Below, one piece after another: positions 37,612-46,683 of a stretch of DNA of 64,000 nt (within the stretch, counting starts at the first letter, position 1; the number at the start of each line of letters is the position of its first letter). The stretch is taken from contig CAWBCR010000013.1 in assembly GCA_963787375.1 (NCBI GenBank), positions 101,654-165,653 on the forward strand. The letters run 5' to 3'. The notes below the pieces were generated by a model. That model saw only the letters and a program-made list of their open reading frames with translations, ran no database searches and was not told the origin of the DNA. A program made the position numbers and the translations under genes. This DNA is from an uncultured Chloroflexia bacterium. GTDB taxonomy: Bacteria > Chloroflexota > Anaerolineae > Aggregatilineales > UBA3940.

Positions 37612-38604
37612 ATGACTGTCAAAGCGCAGGCCAAATCAGCAGCATCGAGCAGCACTGTCCCGAAAATCATGCGGCAGGGCGCGGCTGCCCCGTGGATGTA
37701 CCTCGCGCCGGCGTTGATCGTAATGGCGATGTTCATCGTCTACCCAATGCTGAACACGCTGCGCCTCAGCTTCTTGAACAAGGATGCCACTGCCTCAGCG
37801 GCCACAACCTGCGTAACCGGCAAAGCCTGCTGGGGTATCTTCGAGAACTATCATTATGCGCTGACGGCTGAGATGGACTTCAGCTCGGTTGGCTCGTTCT
37901 GGAAGACTTTCTGGCTGTCGTCATACGGCAACAACATCAAGTGGATCCTGCTGATGGTCACCGGCACCGTGGTATTCGGCCTGGTGATGGCATTGCTGGC
38001 CGACCGGGTCAAGTATGAGTCGCTGGCCAAAGCGGTGATCTTCTTGCCAATGGCGATCTCGTTCGTTGGCGCGGGGATCATCTGGAAATTCGTCTACGAC
38101 TTCGGCACAACACAGGTGCAGGTCGGGCTGCTCAACGCGATCATCACCGGGGTGGGCGGCAAACCCGTCGCCTGGCTCTCGACGACAGGGCTGAACACGC
38201 TATCGCTGATCGTCGTCGGCATCTGGATATGGACCGGCTTCTGCATGACGATCCTGTCGGCATCGCTCAAGTCTGTTCCCGGCGAGATTATCGAGGCGGC
38301 GCGTGTCGACGGCGCGAACGAGTGGCGTGTGTTCTGGAACATCACCATCCCGATCATCATGCCGACCGTTGTCGTGGTCATCACCACGATGGTCATCAAC
38401 GTCCTCAAGATATTCGACCTCGTCTACGTGATGACCGGTGGCAACTCCGGCAGCGACGTGATGGCGAACCGTATGTACACCGAGATGTACAAGAACTTCA
38501 ACACGGGGCACGGCACCGCCGTCGCAGTGGTGCTCATCGTCGTCATCGTCCCCTTCATCATCGTCAACGTGAAGCGCTTCCGTGAACAGGAGGCTATTCG
38601 ATGA
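37612..38604 (+). CDS. Sugar ABC transporter permease (MalF/ThuF-like)
   Basis: ATG 37612 after AGGAGGAGGG. Six TM segments and an EAA-type loop (EAARVDGANEWRVFWNITIP). Confidence 0.8.
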   Translation: MTVKAQAKSAASSSTVPKIMRQGAAAPWMYLAPALIVMAMFIVYPMLNTLRLSFLNKDATASAATTCVTGKACWGIFENYHYALTAEMDFSSVGSFWKTFWLSSYGNNIKWILLMVTGTVVFGLVMALLADRVKYESLAKAVIFLPMAISFVGAGIIWKFVYDFGTTQVQVGLLNAIITGVGGKPVAWLSTTGLNTLSLIVVGIWIWTGFCMTILSASLKSVPGEIIEAARVDGANEWRVFWNITIPIIMPTVVVVITTMVINVLKIFDLVYVMTGGNSGSDVMANRMYTEMYKNFNTGHGTAVAVVLIVVIVPFIIVNVKRFREQEAIR

Positions 38605-39786
38605 ACTGGGAACACATCAAGCATCAGTTCCGGCTGCTGCCGACGCACGTTGCCGTCATCCTGCTGTGCCTGATCTGGTTCATCCCGACACTGGGCCTGC
38701 TGGTGACGTCAATCCGGCCTGTCCAGGCCGTCAACACCTCCGGCTGGTGGACGGCGCTCGCCGCGCCGACCGGCAAACATGCCTACGAGGCTAACTGCGC
38801 GGCCTGCCACGGCGCGAACGGCAAAGAGCTCCCGAACGCCGATCTGACCGACCCCAACCTGATCGGGCAGTTTCCGCGGTCGACTCAGCTGCTGGCTTCG
38901 CTGAATCAGGACATTAACGGCCAGCCGCACATGGGCAGCATGGCCGTGCCTGACGTGCAAACCGCCGCCAACATCACCGTGTACCTCAAGCGCATCTCCG
39001 GCATCAGCGCCCCGCCGAAATTCACCATCAACAACTATGTCGACGCGCTGGTAGGCTATCGCGGCACCGAGACGTACTATCAGGCCTGCGCCGATGGCAG
39101 CGCGCCGAGCGACCTGAATTGCAACACTGGCGACCTGCTTAATCCGCGCGGCATGGGCCGCGCCCTGCTCAACACGCTGATCGTCACGCTCCCGGCCACT
39201 TTCCTGCCGATCCTGTTCGCGGCGTTCGCCGGTTACGCGTTCTCCTGGCTTGATTTTCCTGGCCGCCAGTGGCTGTTCGCTATCCTGGTCGGCCTGCAGG
39301 TCGTCCCGCTGCAGATGACGCTGGTCCCGATCTCGCGCCTTTATGCGCAGGTTGGGCTGAACGGCACCTTCCTGGGCGTGTGGTTATTCCATACCGGGTT
39401 CGGGATGCCGTACGCCATCTACCTGATGCGTAACTTCCTGGGTATGCTCCCGCGCGACCTGTTCGAGTTCGGCATACCTGGATGGCGCATCACACTGGAC
39501 GGCCTTCACCAAGCTCGCGATCCCGCTGGCGATGCCAGCCATCGCGTCGCTGGCCATCTTCCAGTTCCTGTGGGTGTGGAATGACCTGCTGGTCGCGCTG
39601 GTCTTCCTGGGTGGCACCAAGCCGGTGCTCACCTACCAGATCAGCAACATGGTCACGTCGCTGGGGGCAGGCTGGCAGCTTCTGACGGCTGCCGCGTTCG
39701 TCTCCTTCCTCTTGCCCATGATCGTGTTCTTCGGCCTCCAGCGCTTCTTTGTGCGCGGTCTGCTGGCCGGATCGGTCAAGGGCTAG
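38601..39786 (+). pseudogene. Sugar ABC transporter permease (MalG/ThuG-like) with a class I cytochrome c domain in the first periplasmic loop; one frame disruption as assembled
   Basis: TM1, then KHAYEANCAACHGANGKELPNADL...GQPHMGSM...TAANITVYLKRISG, with CAACH at 38796-38810. The permease core follows. After ...NFLGMLPRDLFE the sensible reading (AYLDGASHWTAFTKLAIPLAMPAIASLAIFQFLWVWNDLL...) continues in the frame of ORF 39532-39786. There is an extra T near 39466-39470. Confidence 0.75.
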
Positions 39787-39932
39787 GTCGGACATCGCTG
39801 GCGGCGCGCAGGCGCAGCCGGAAGGCTGCACGTGCGTGAAGGCCGCGCTTTCGAAGGCTACTATCGGGGATCGCGGCGGTGTGGCGTGTCATCCACGCAG
39901 CATCGCCGCGATTCAACCCGGCGAGGGGATCG

Positions 39933-41588
39933 ATGGCCTCAGCAGATGAGGTTCTGTGGTACCAGAATGCCGTTTTTTATGAGCTGTACATCCGTGCCTT
40001 TCGTGACTCAAACGGCGACGGCCATGGCGACCTGCCGGGCGTGATCGAGAAGCTCGACTACATCAAGGATCTCGGCGTCGACTGTATCTGGCTGCTGCCG
40101 TTCTATCCATCGCCGCTGCACGACGACGGCTACGACATCGCCGACTACTATGGCATTCATCCCGGCTATGGGACAATCGAGAACCTGGACAGCCTGGTGC
40201 GGGAAGCTCATTCCCGCGGTCTGCGCATCATCACCGATCTGGTCGTCAATCACACTTCCGACCGGCACCCCTGGTTCGTCGAGTCGCGCTCCTCGCGTGA
40301 CAATCCCAAGCGCGACTGGTACGTGTGGAGCGACACTGACCAGCGCTACGCCGACGCGCGCATCATCTTCCTGGACACCGAAACGTCAAACTGGACCTAC
40401 GACGAGGCGACCGAGCAATACTACTGGCACCGCTTCTATTCCTCGCAGCCCGATTTGAACTACGACAACCCGGAAGTGCAGCAGGCCATGGTCGACGTGA
40501 TGCGCTACTGGCTCGAAAAGGGTGTCGACGGCTTTCGGGTCGACGCCGTGCCCTACCTCTACGAGCGCGAAGGCACCAACTGCGAGAACCTGCCTGAGAC
40601 GCACACTTACCTCAAGGACATACGCCGCTTCCTGGCCGATCACTGGCCTGAGGGGATGATCCTGTGCGAAGCGAACCAGCTCCCTGAAGACGTTGTCTCC
40701 TACTTTGGCGACGGCGACGAATTCCAGATGGGCTTCCACTTCCCGCTGATGCCGCGCATCTTCATGGGCCTGAAGCGCGGCGTGGGAACTCCCATCCGCG
40801 AGATCATGGAGCGCACCCCGGCCATCCCGCATGGCTGCCAGTGGTGCATTTTCCTGCGCAATCATGACGAGCTGACGCTGGAGATGGTCACCGAGGAAGA
40901 GCGCCAGTGGATGTGGCAGCAGTACGCGCCCGACCCCCGCATGCGGCTCAACCTGGGCATTCGCCGCCAACTCGCGCCGCTGCTCGACAACCGCTACGAG
41001 CGGATCGTGCTGGCTAACCGCATCCTGTTCTCGCTGCCCGGCGCGCCGATCATCTATTACGGCGACGAGATTGGCATGGGCGACAACATCCAGCTCTTCG
41101 ACCGCAACGGGGAGCGCACGCCGATGCAGTGGGACAGCTCGCCCAACGCCGGGTTCTCGCGTGCGGCGGCTGACAAGCTGTACGCGCCGGTCATCGACGA
41201 CAACACGTATGGCTACCGCACGGTCAACGTGGCCGCCCAGCGTGGGGACCCCGGCTCGCTGTATAACCAGATGCGCGCGCTAATCGAGACCCGCAAGCAG
41301 CACCCCGTCTTTGCTAGCGGCCTGCTGCATTTCCTCGACGCAGGCAGCGAGAAGGTGCTGGTCTACTTCCGCTCCGACGACGACGAGACGATCCTGGTCG
41401 TGCACAACCTGTCCGAATCGCACCAGACGGTGCGACTGGACCTGTCCGGCTTTGCCGGCAGCGTGCCGCTCGACCTGCTGGAGCCCGACGCCTCATTCCC
41501 AGAGGTGGGCGAGCAGCCCTACCGGCTGCGCCTGGCCTCCTCGCAGAGCCACTGGCTGCTGCTGCGCGGCCCGCAGCAAGGCGAATAG
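39933..41588 (+). CDS. treS: Trehalose synthase / maltose alpha-D-glucosyltransferase (GH13)
   Basis: Start MASADEVLWYQNAVFYELYIRAFRDSNGDGHGDLPGVIEKLDYIKDLGVDCIWLLPFYPSPLHDDGYDIADYY. GH13 catalytic segments GFRVDAV, EANQ and LRNHDELT. Confidence 0.8.
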   Translation: MASADEVLWYQNAVFYELYIRAFRDSNGDGHGDLPGVIEKLDYIKDLGVDCIWLLPFYPSPLHDDGYDIADYYGIHPGYGTIENLDSLVREAHSRGLRIITDLVVNHTSDRHPWFVESRSSRDNPKRDWYVWSDTDQRYADARIIFLDTETSNWTYDEATEQYYWHRFYSSQPDLNYDNPEVQQAMVDVMRYWLEKGVDGFRVDAVPYLYEREGTNCENLPETHTYLKDIRRFLADHWPEGMILCEANQLPEDVVSYFGDGDEFQMGFHFPLMPRIFMGLKRGVGTPIREIMERTPAIPHGCQWCIFLRNHDELTLEMVTEEERQWMWQQYAPDPRMRLNLGIRRQLAPLLDNRYERIVLANRILFSLPGAPIIYYGDEIGMGDNIQLFDRNGERTPMQWDSSPNAGFSRAAADKLYAPVIDDNTYGYRTVNVAAQRGDPGSLYNQMRALIETRKQHPVFASGLLHFLDAGSEKVLVYFRSDDDETILVVHNLSESHQTVRLDLSGFAGSVPLDLLEPDASFPEVGEQPYRLRLASSQSHWLLLRGPQQGE

Positions 41589-41617
41589 GCGGTCCGATCT
41601 GCCGCCCTAAAGCAGCA

Positions 41618-41639
41618 TGGCCCGGCGCAAGCCGGGCCA
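41618..41639. terminator. Hairpin between convergent genes
   Basis: TGGCCCGGC (41618-41626), loop GCAA, GCCGGGCCA (41631-41639). T-tracts are weak on both strands. Confidence 0.45.
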
Positions 41640-41660
41640 CGTTATAATGGGTTGAAATGG

Positions 41661-42455
41661 CTATTTTGTCACGAAACCCGCGACTGTCAACTGGCCGTTC
41701 TCGGCGGTGATCTCCGTCAGCGTGACCTGCGTTTCGCTTTGCGCGCTGGCCCCGGTGATGGCTGCCGTCAGCCCATCGGAGATCGCGGCCAGCATCAGCT
41801 CAGGCATATCAACCGTCTCCACCGTGGCACTGTCGACGGTCAGCACGAGCTTACTGTTGTCGTCAACGGTCGGCACGAACGCTGCGCTGGCATGGACCCC
41901 CACCGAGCTCACCATCACGATAAACGCCATTGATATCTTGCCGTCGGCCAGGGTTACGTTGAGGTCGGTTATGCTGGCACCGGACGTGGTTCGGGCGAGC
42001 GCCGCCGTGACGCCAGCCTCGATCGCCGCCTCGGCGGTCGCCTCGTCTGTCGTAATCATGAAAGGCATGCCCGGCGCAAGCGCCCGCGCCTGCGTCCAGG
42101 CAGTGTCCATCGCGTCGGCGCTGCCCAGCGCCTCAATAGCAACCGGCGTCGCGTCGGCAGCGCTGGCCTCGGTCGCGGCCTCGGCGGCAGTGGGTTCAGT
42201 GGCACTGGCTTCGGTGGCGCTGGGCTCGGCGGCGGCCTCGGTCGGCGTTTCAGCCGGCGCACGTGTGGGGAAAGCGAATGCGCCTGCCGGCTGCTTGTAG
42301 ACGGTTGGGGTCGGGTAGATGGTCACCTGCGCCTCGTTTACGCCGCCGGTCTGTGGTCCGGCTGGCTGCGATCCACCGCTTGTTCCGCCGCCGCAGGCGA
42401 CCAGCAGCGCAAGCGCCACGACGCCGCTCAAAATCAAAACCTGCTGTCTCCTCAT
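41661..42455 (-). CDS. Hypothetical secreted lipoprotein
   Basis: RBS GGAGGAG. Lipobox LLVACGG, an Ala/Glu/Thr-rich linker and a C-terminal beta-rich domain of unknown family. Confidence 0.6.
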   Translation of the reverse strand: MRRQQVLILSGVVALALLVACGGGTSGGSQPAGPQTGGVNEAQVTIYPTPTVYKQPAGAFAFPTRAPAETPTEAAAEPSATEASATEPTAAEAATEASAADATPVAIEALGSADAMDTAWTQARALAPGMPFMITTDEATAEAAIEAGVTAALARTTSGASITDLNVTLADGKISMAFIVMVSSVGVHASAAFVPTVDDNSKLVLTVDSATVETVDMPELMLAAISDGLTAAITGASAQSETQVTLTEITAENGQLTVAGFVTK

Positions 42456-42676
42456 ACTCTCCTCCTCAGGGGTTGCCCGCAGCCCGGCGCTGGGTCCCTC
42501 AACTCCGGGCCGCTACATGGCTGTGTTGCTGCCTGCCTTCTTCAGCCGCCGGAAGGCTGACGATGTGCTCGCCTCAGCGGCACAGTTGGCGCGCGCCGCC
42601 GCTCTCCTACACAGGCGGGCCCATTATAGTCCCCTTGCAATAATAACAAAACCTGCCCGCTCACGCGGGGGACCGT

Positions 42677-43588
42677 TCAGCCATCGACCTGCTCGCAGAC
42701 AGCGCCTTCCATATCGACCGACAGGATCCACGTCCGCACCGGCTTGCCGGTAGCCGCACCCAACGCCGCCGCTACTGCCTTCGCGATGGCCTCGTGGCCG
42801 CTGTGCGCGAACGCGATCAGTGATGGACCAGCCCCGCTGATCGCCATCGCTGCTGCGCCCGCTGCCCTTGCCGCTTCGACTGCGTCCCCATAGCCCGGAA
42901 TGTTCTGCTGGCGGTACGGCTCGTGCAGCGCGTCGCACATCGCCTCGCCCAGCAGGTCGAGGTCACCGCTGCGCAGCGCCTCGACGACCAAGACAGCCCG
43001 CCCGATATTCCCGGCAGCATCTGCCAGCGAAACGGTCTGCGGCAGCAGCGCGCGCAGCTCCTTGGTCGACAGCCGCAGTGCGGGCATCGCGACGACGACC
43101 TGCATTGCCGCCACCGGAACGCGCCGCCCGACCAGATCGCAGCGGCCCATGCTGCTGACGGTCAGGCCGCCCAGCAGCGCCGCGGTCACGTTGTCCGGGT
43201 GCCCCTCCATCTCGACCGCCAGCCGCAGCACCTCGTCGCGCGTCAGCGGCTCGCCGAGCAGCGCGTTGGCTGCCACCACTCCGCCGACCAGCGCCGCGGC
43301 GCTGCTGCCCAGCCCGCCCCCCGGCGGGATGGCATTCGTCAGCGAGACGTGCAGCCCCGGCAGCGGTTCCCCGGCGCGCTCGTACACTGCGCGCATCGCG
43401 CGGGCGACAGCGTTGCTTGCGTCTCTGGGGAGGCTGTCTGCGTCTTCACCGCTGATGTCGATGCGCAGGCCGGTCCCGTTGTAGCGCGCCTCGACGGTGT
43501 TATGCAGCGTCAACGCCAGCCCCAGCGTGTCGAAGCCGGGCCCCAAATTGGCCGATGTGGCCGGTATCCTTACTCTTACAGCGTTCAT
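42677..43588 (-). CDS. thrB: Homoserine kinase
   Basis: MNAVRVRIPATSANLGPGFDTLGLAL and the GHMP motif PPGGGLGSSAAALV. Confidence 0.85.
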   Translation of the reverse strand: MNAVRVRIPATSANLGPGFDTLGLALTLHNTVEARYNGTGLRIDISGEDADSLPRDASNAVARAMRAVYERAGEPLPGLHVSLTNAIPPGGGLGSSAAALVGGVVAANALLGEPLTRDEVLRLAVEMEGHPDNVTAALLGGLTVSSMGRCDLVGRRVPVAAMQVVVAMPALRLSTKELRALLPQTVSLADAAGNIGRAVLVVEALRSGDLDLLGEAMCDALHEPYRQQNIPGYGDAVEAARAAGAAAMAISGAGPSLIAFAHSGHEAIAKAVAAALGAATGKPVRTWILSVDMEGAVCEQVDG

Positions 43589-43725
43589 GGTTCACTCTCG
43601 CGTATGGCAATTCGGCCTATTCTACAGGAACTCGCGCCAATCGAAAAACGCCCATCTTACGCAAAAGGCGCACGCCGTGCGCCCTGACCTGCTCAATCTA
43701 TTCCCCGCCCTGCCGTCCCATATCC

Positions 43726-44655
43726 TTATATCCGCCACCCGCCGACTGCCAGCAGCAGCCCCAGCGTCTCCAGCGCGCCGGTGCCCACCAGCAGCGCGAT
43801 GCCCCACAGCGCGACGCCAGCCTGCTGCGAGCGGTCGGACCACGCGCCGCGCGCCACGCGCGCCGCCTGAAACAGCGCCACAGGCAGCATGAGCGCGGCC
43901 AGCGCCCCGGCGGGTTGCGGCAGCCCGGCCAGCACCGCCAGCGCCAGCGCGCCATACGCCGCGCCAAGCAGGCCCACGTACAGCCACGCCGCGCAGCAGC
44001 CCCCCAGCCGAACGGTCAGGGTGCGCTTGCCCGTGGAACGGTCGCTTGCCTCGTCAGGGAACTCGACGGTGAGCAGCATTCCCACCTGGAGCAGAAACAC
44101 CGGCGCAATCGCCAGCCCCAGCAGCGCCGGGGCGCGCCCGATCTGCACCACACAGGACAGCATCGGCGTCAGCACGGTGACGATGCCTGCCGCGACGACT
44201 TCGCCCAGCCCGGTCGAATGCAGCCGCAGTGGTGGCGCGGAATAGCCCCACGCCAGCGCTGCGCCCAACGCCACGATCACCAGCGCGGCGGGCCGGCCCA
44301 GTGCCGCCAGCACGCCGCCTGCCGCCAGCGCCACGCCTGCCAGCGACAGTGCCGCGATCAGCGCCACCCGGCCCGGCAGCGCGCTCGCAAGCAGCACCCG
44401 GCTGCCACCCGACCACGGCGTCGGGTTGTCGTTGGCGCGGTCGTTGGCCTGGTCGAAGTAGTCGTTGGCGTAGTGGGTCATCAACTGGGTGGCGGTCACG
44501 GCGAGCTGTCCCACCGCGTAGCCCGCCCACCACACGCCGCGCCCTTCGTGCAGCGCCACTGCCGCGCCCAGCGCATAGAATACGAAGCCGCCCGCCAGAA
44601 ACAGCGGGCGGCCCAGCCGTATGAAGTTGGCCGCGCGCTGCGCGAGCCGTCTCAC
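43726..44655 (-). CDS. UbiA-family aromatic prenyltransferase
   Basis: Polytopic protein with Asp-rich motifs YANDYFDQANDRAND and EFPDEASD. The proposed GTG start at 44655 lies 7 nt after GAGGGG; the ORF-track TTG start is 44670. Confidence 0.7.
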   Translation of the reverse strand: MRRLAQRAANFIRLGRPLFLAGGFVFYALGAAVALHEGRGVWWAGYAVGQLAVTATQLMTHYANDYFDQANDRANDNPTPWSGGSRVLLASALPGRVALIAALSLAGVALAAGGVLAALGRPAALVIVALGAALAWGYSAPPLRLHSTGLGEVVAAGIVTVLTPMLSCVVQIGRAPALLGLAIAPVFLLQVGMLLTVEFPDEASDRSTGKRTLTVRLGGCCAAWLYVGLLGAAYGALALAVLAGLPQPAGALAALMLPVALFQAARVARGAWSDRSQQAGVALWGIALLVGTGALETLGLLLAVGGWRI

Positions 44656-44673
44656 CGCTGTACCCCTCAAGGC

Positions 44674-45333
44674 TCAGGTCTCCCCGCCGGGCGCGGCGAC
44701 GATCCCGCCACCCTTGAACGTCTGCGCAGCGACAGGCAGCACCGCCGCCACCAGCCGCACGATCTCCTCGGGCCGGAAGTAATCAAAATGGATGCCCCAC
44801 ACCTCGTGCCAGCCCGCCGCTGCCAGCGCCTCACGCTCGGCGGCGGGCAGCGCCGCACCCCTGCGAATCTCGCCCGCCGGGCCGATCCACACCTGCTCGC
44901 GAACGAGGATGTCTTTCAGACGCGGGTGGTATGCGGCACGCTCACGCTTGATGCCCGACAACTGCTTCTGCGCGGCCTTGATCGCCTCCTCCAGCGCCGT
45001 GAAGCCGCGCAGCGAGGCATGCGGGAACAGCCCCGGTATCAACGCGCTCAACACGCCCATCGCGATGATCAGCGGCTGGTTCTCGCGATAGCGCATCGCG
45101 CCGTCGACAGCCTCGCGCATCCCCTGCGACCACGCCGACCAGGCCGCGACGCGCTGGTCGGCGCCCAGCGCCGCGTCACGCTCAAATAGCCGCAGCGCGG
45201 TGCGCAGATAGCCGATGGCCATACTCTCGTAGATCGGCAGGCCCAGCGCCGCGATCTCGACGGCCTCGTCCCTGCTGAGGCCCTCGACGGTCAGCAGGGC
45301 GCGGATCACCGGCTGGCGGTCATGGTCGGCCAC
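44674..45333 (-). CDS. Hypothetical protein, helical, no family recognised
   Basis: 219-aa ORF with a GTG start after GAGG. Coding-like composition. It is tightly packed with the UbiA gene, whose alternative start codons lie 3-18 nt downstream of this gene's stop (44674-44676). Confidence 0.5.
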   Translation of the reverse strand: MADHDRQPVIRALLTVEGLSRDEAVEIAALGLPIYESMAIGYLRTALRLFERDAALGADQRVAAWSAWSQGMREAVDGAMRYRENQPLIIAMGVLSALIPGLFPHASLRGFTALEEAIKAAQKQLSGIKRERAAYHPRLKDILVREQVWIGPAGEIRRGAALPAAEREALAAAGWHEVWGIHFDYFRPEEIVRLVAAVLPVAAQTFKGGGIVAAPGGET

Positions 45334-45408
45334 GTCAGACCTCGCGTTCAGATCCCACTCTTGCCAGCAGTATAGCAGACTTTCGGCACTATATACGTGG
45401 AAAAGAGA

Positions 45409-45477
45409 AACCGCAGAGATCGCAGAGATCGCAGAGTAACTTCTATTTCCTCTGCGCGCTCCGCGTCCTCTGCGGTT
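45409..45477 (-). repeat. Composite inverted/direct repeat downstream of thrC (possible terminator)
   Basis: The plus strand has GCAGAGATC x3 (45413-45439) facing CCTCTGC x2. The outer arms AACCGCAGAG (45409-45418) and CTCTGCGGTT (45468-45477) pair. On the minus strand the structure is followed by TCTCTTTTCC. Confidence 0.45.
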
Positions 45478-45513
45478 GGGATTTCCTTGCGCTCGGTATG
45501 GCGGGCCTTTTCC

Positions 45514-46599
45514 CTAGCCCCTCTCGATCAGCGCGGCCAGGGCGTCGAACCGCGCCGGGATCGTCTCCGGCTGCGCGGCGCGCGCCAGCACGATCTCCGG
45601 GTCCTTCAGCCCGTGGCCGGTCACCACGCACACCACGCGCTGCCCGTGCACGTCGACCTCGCCCTGCGTGATCTGCTGTCGCAGCCCGGCCACGCCCGCC
45701 GCCGAGGCCGGTTCGACGAACACACCCTCCAGCGTGGCGATCAACTGCCACGCGTCGAGGATGTCGTCGTCGCTCACTGCCGTGATGATGCCGCCCGACT
45801 CGTCGAGCGCCTGCACGGCCTCATGCCAGCGCGCCGGGTTGCCGATGCGGATCGCCGTCGCCACCGTCTCCGGGTGTTTCACGATCTCGCCGCGCACGAT
45901 GGGCGCAGCCCCCGCCGCCTGCGCGCCGAGCAGTATCGGGGTATGGTGAGCGTTCCCGGCGGCATGGTACTGCGTGAAGCCCATCCAGTAGGCGGTTATA
46001 TTGCCTGCGTTGCCGACCGGCAGGCACAGCCAATCGGGCGCGTCGCCCAGCGCATCAACAATCTCGAAGGCGGCGGTCTTCTGCCCCTGCAGCCGGTAGG
46101 GGTTGATCGAGTTGACCAGTGTGATCGGCAGCCGCTCCGCGGCCTCGCGCACCATGGCGAGCCCTTCGTCGAAGTTGCCGGTGATGTTGACCACCGTCGC
46201 CCCGTAGGCCAGCGCACCGGCCAGCTTGCCTTTGGCAATCTGGCCCTCCGGCACGATCACCACGCAGCGCAGCCCCGCCCGCGCGGCATAGGCCGCCGCC
46301 GAAGCCGCCGTGTTGCCGGTGCTGGCGCAGATCACTGCCTGCGCGCCATCGTGTGCCGCCTGGGTGATCGCTGCCGTCATGCCCCGATCTTTGAACGACC
46401 CGGTCGGGTTGAGGCCCTCGTATTTCAGCCAGAGCTCAAAGCCACCGCCCAACGCCTGCGCCAGCCTGGGGGCGGGCACCAGCGGCGTGTTGCCTTCGAG
46501 CAGCGTCACAACCGGCGCGTCACGCGCAACGTCAAGCAGGGGCCGGTAGCGCGTCACGATGCCGGGCCAGGGTCCGTCTGCGGATTCATGCGCCATCAT
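45514..46599 (-). CDS. thrC: Threonine synthase
   Basis: PLP-lysine motif GSFKDRGMT and typical ThrC layout. ATG 46599 follows GGAAGGA; the ORF-track TTG start is 46617. Confidence 0.85.
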   Translation of the reverse strand: MMAHESADGPWPGIVTRYRPLLDVARDAPVVTLLEGNTPLVPAPRLAQALGGGFELWLKYEGLNPTGSFKDRGMTAAITQAAHDGAQAVICASTGNTAASAAAYAARAGLRCVVIVPEGQIAKGKLAGALAYGATVVNITGNFDEGLAMVREAAERLPITLVNSINPYRLQGQKTAAFEIVDALGDAPDWLCLPVGNAGNITAYWMGFTQYHAAGNAHHTPILLGAQAAGAAPIVRGEIVKHPETVATAIRIGNPARWHEAVQALDESGGIITAVSDDDILDAWQLIATLEGVFVEPASAAGVAGLRQQITQGEVDVHGQRVVCVVTGHGLKDPEIVLARAAQPETIPARFDALAALIERG

Positions 46600-46683
46600 C
46601 GGGTGCTGTCCTTCCAACGTAGGGCCACCGCGAATGGCTCGCGGCCTGTGCAGGGTAGGGGGTAATCTGGCTTACGAGGGATC

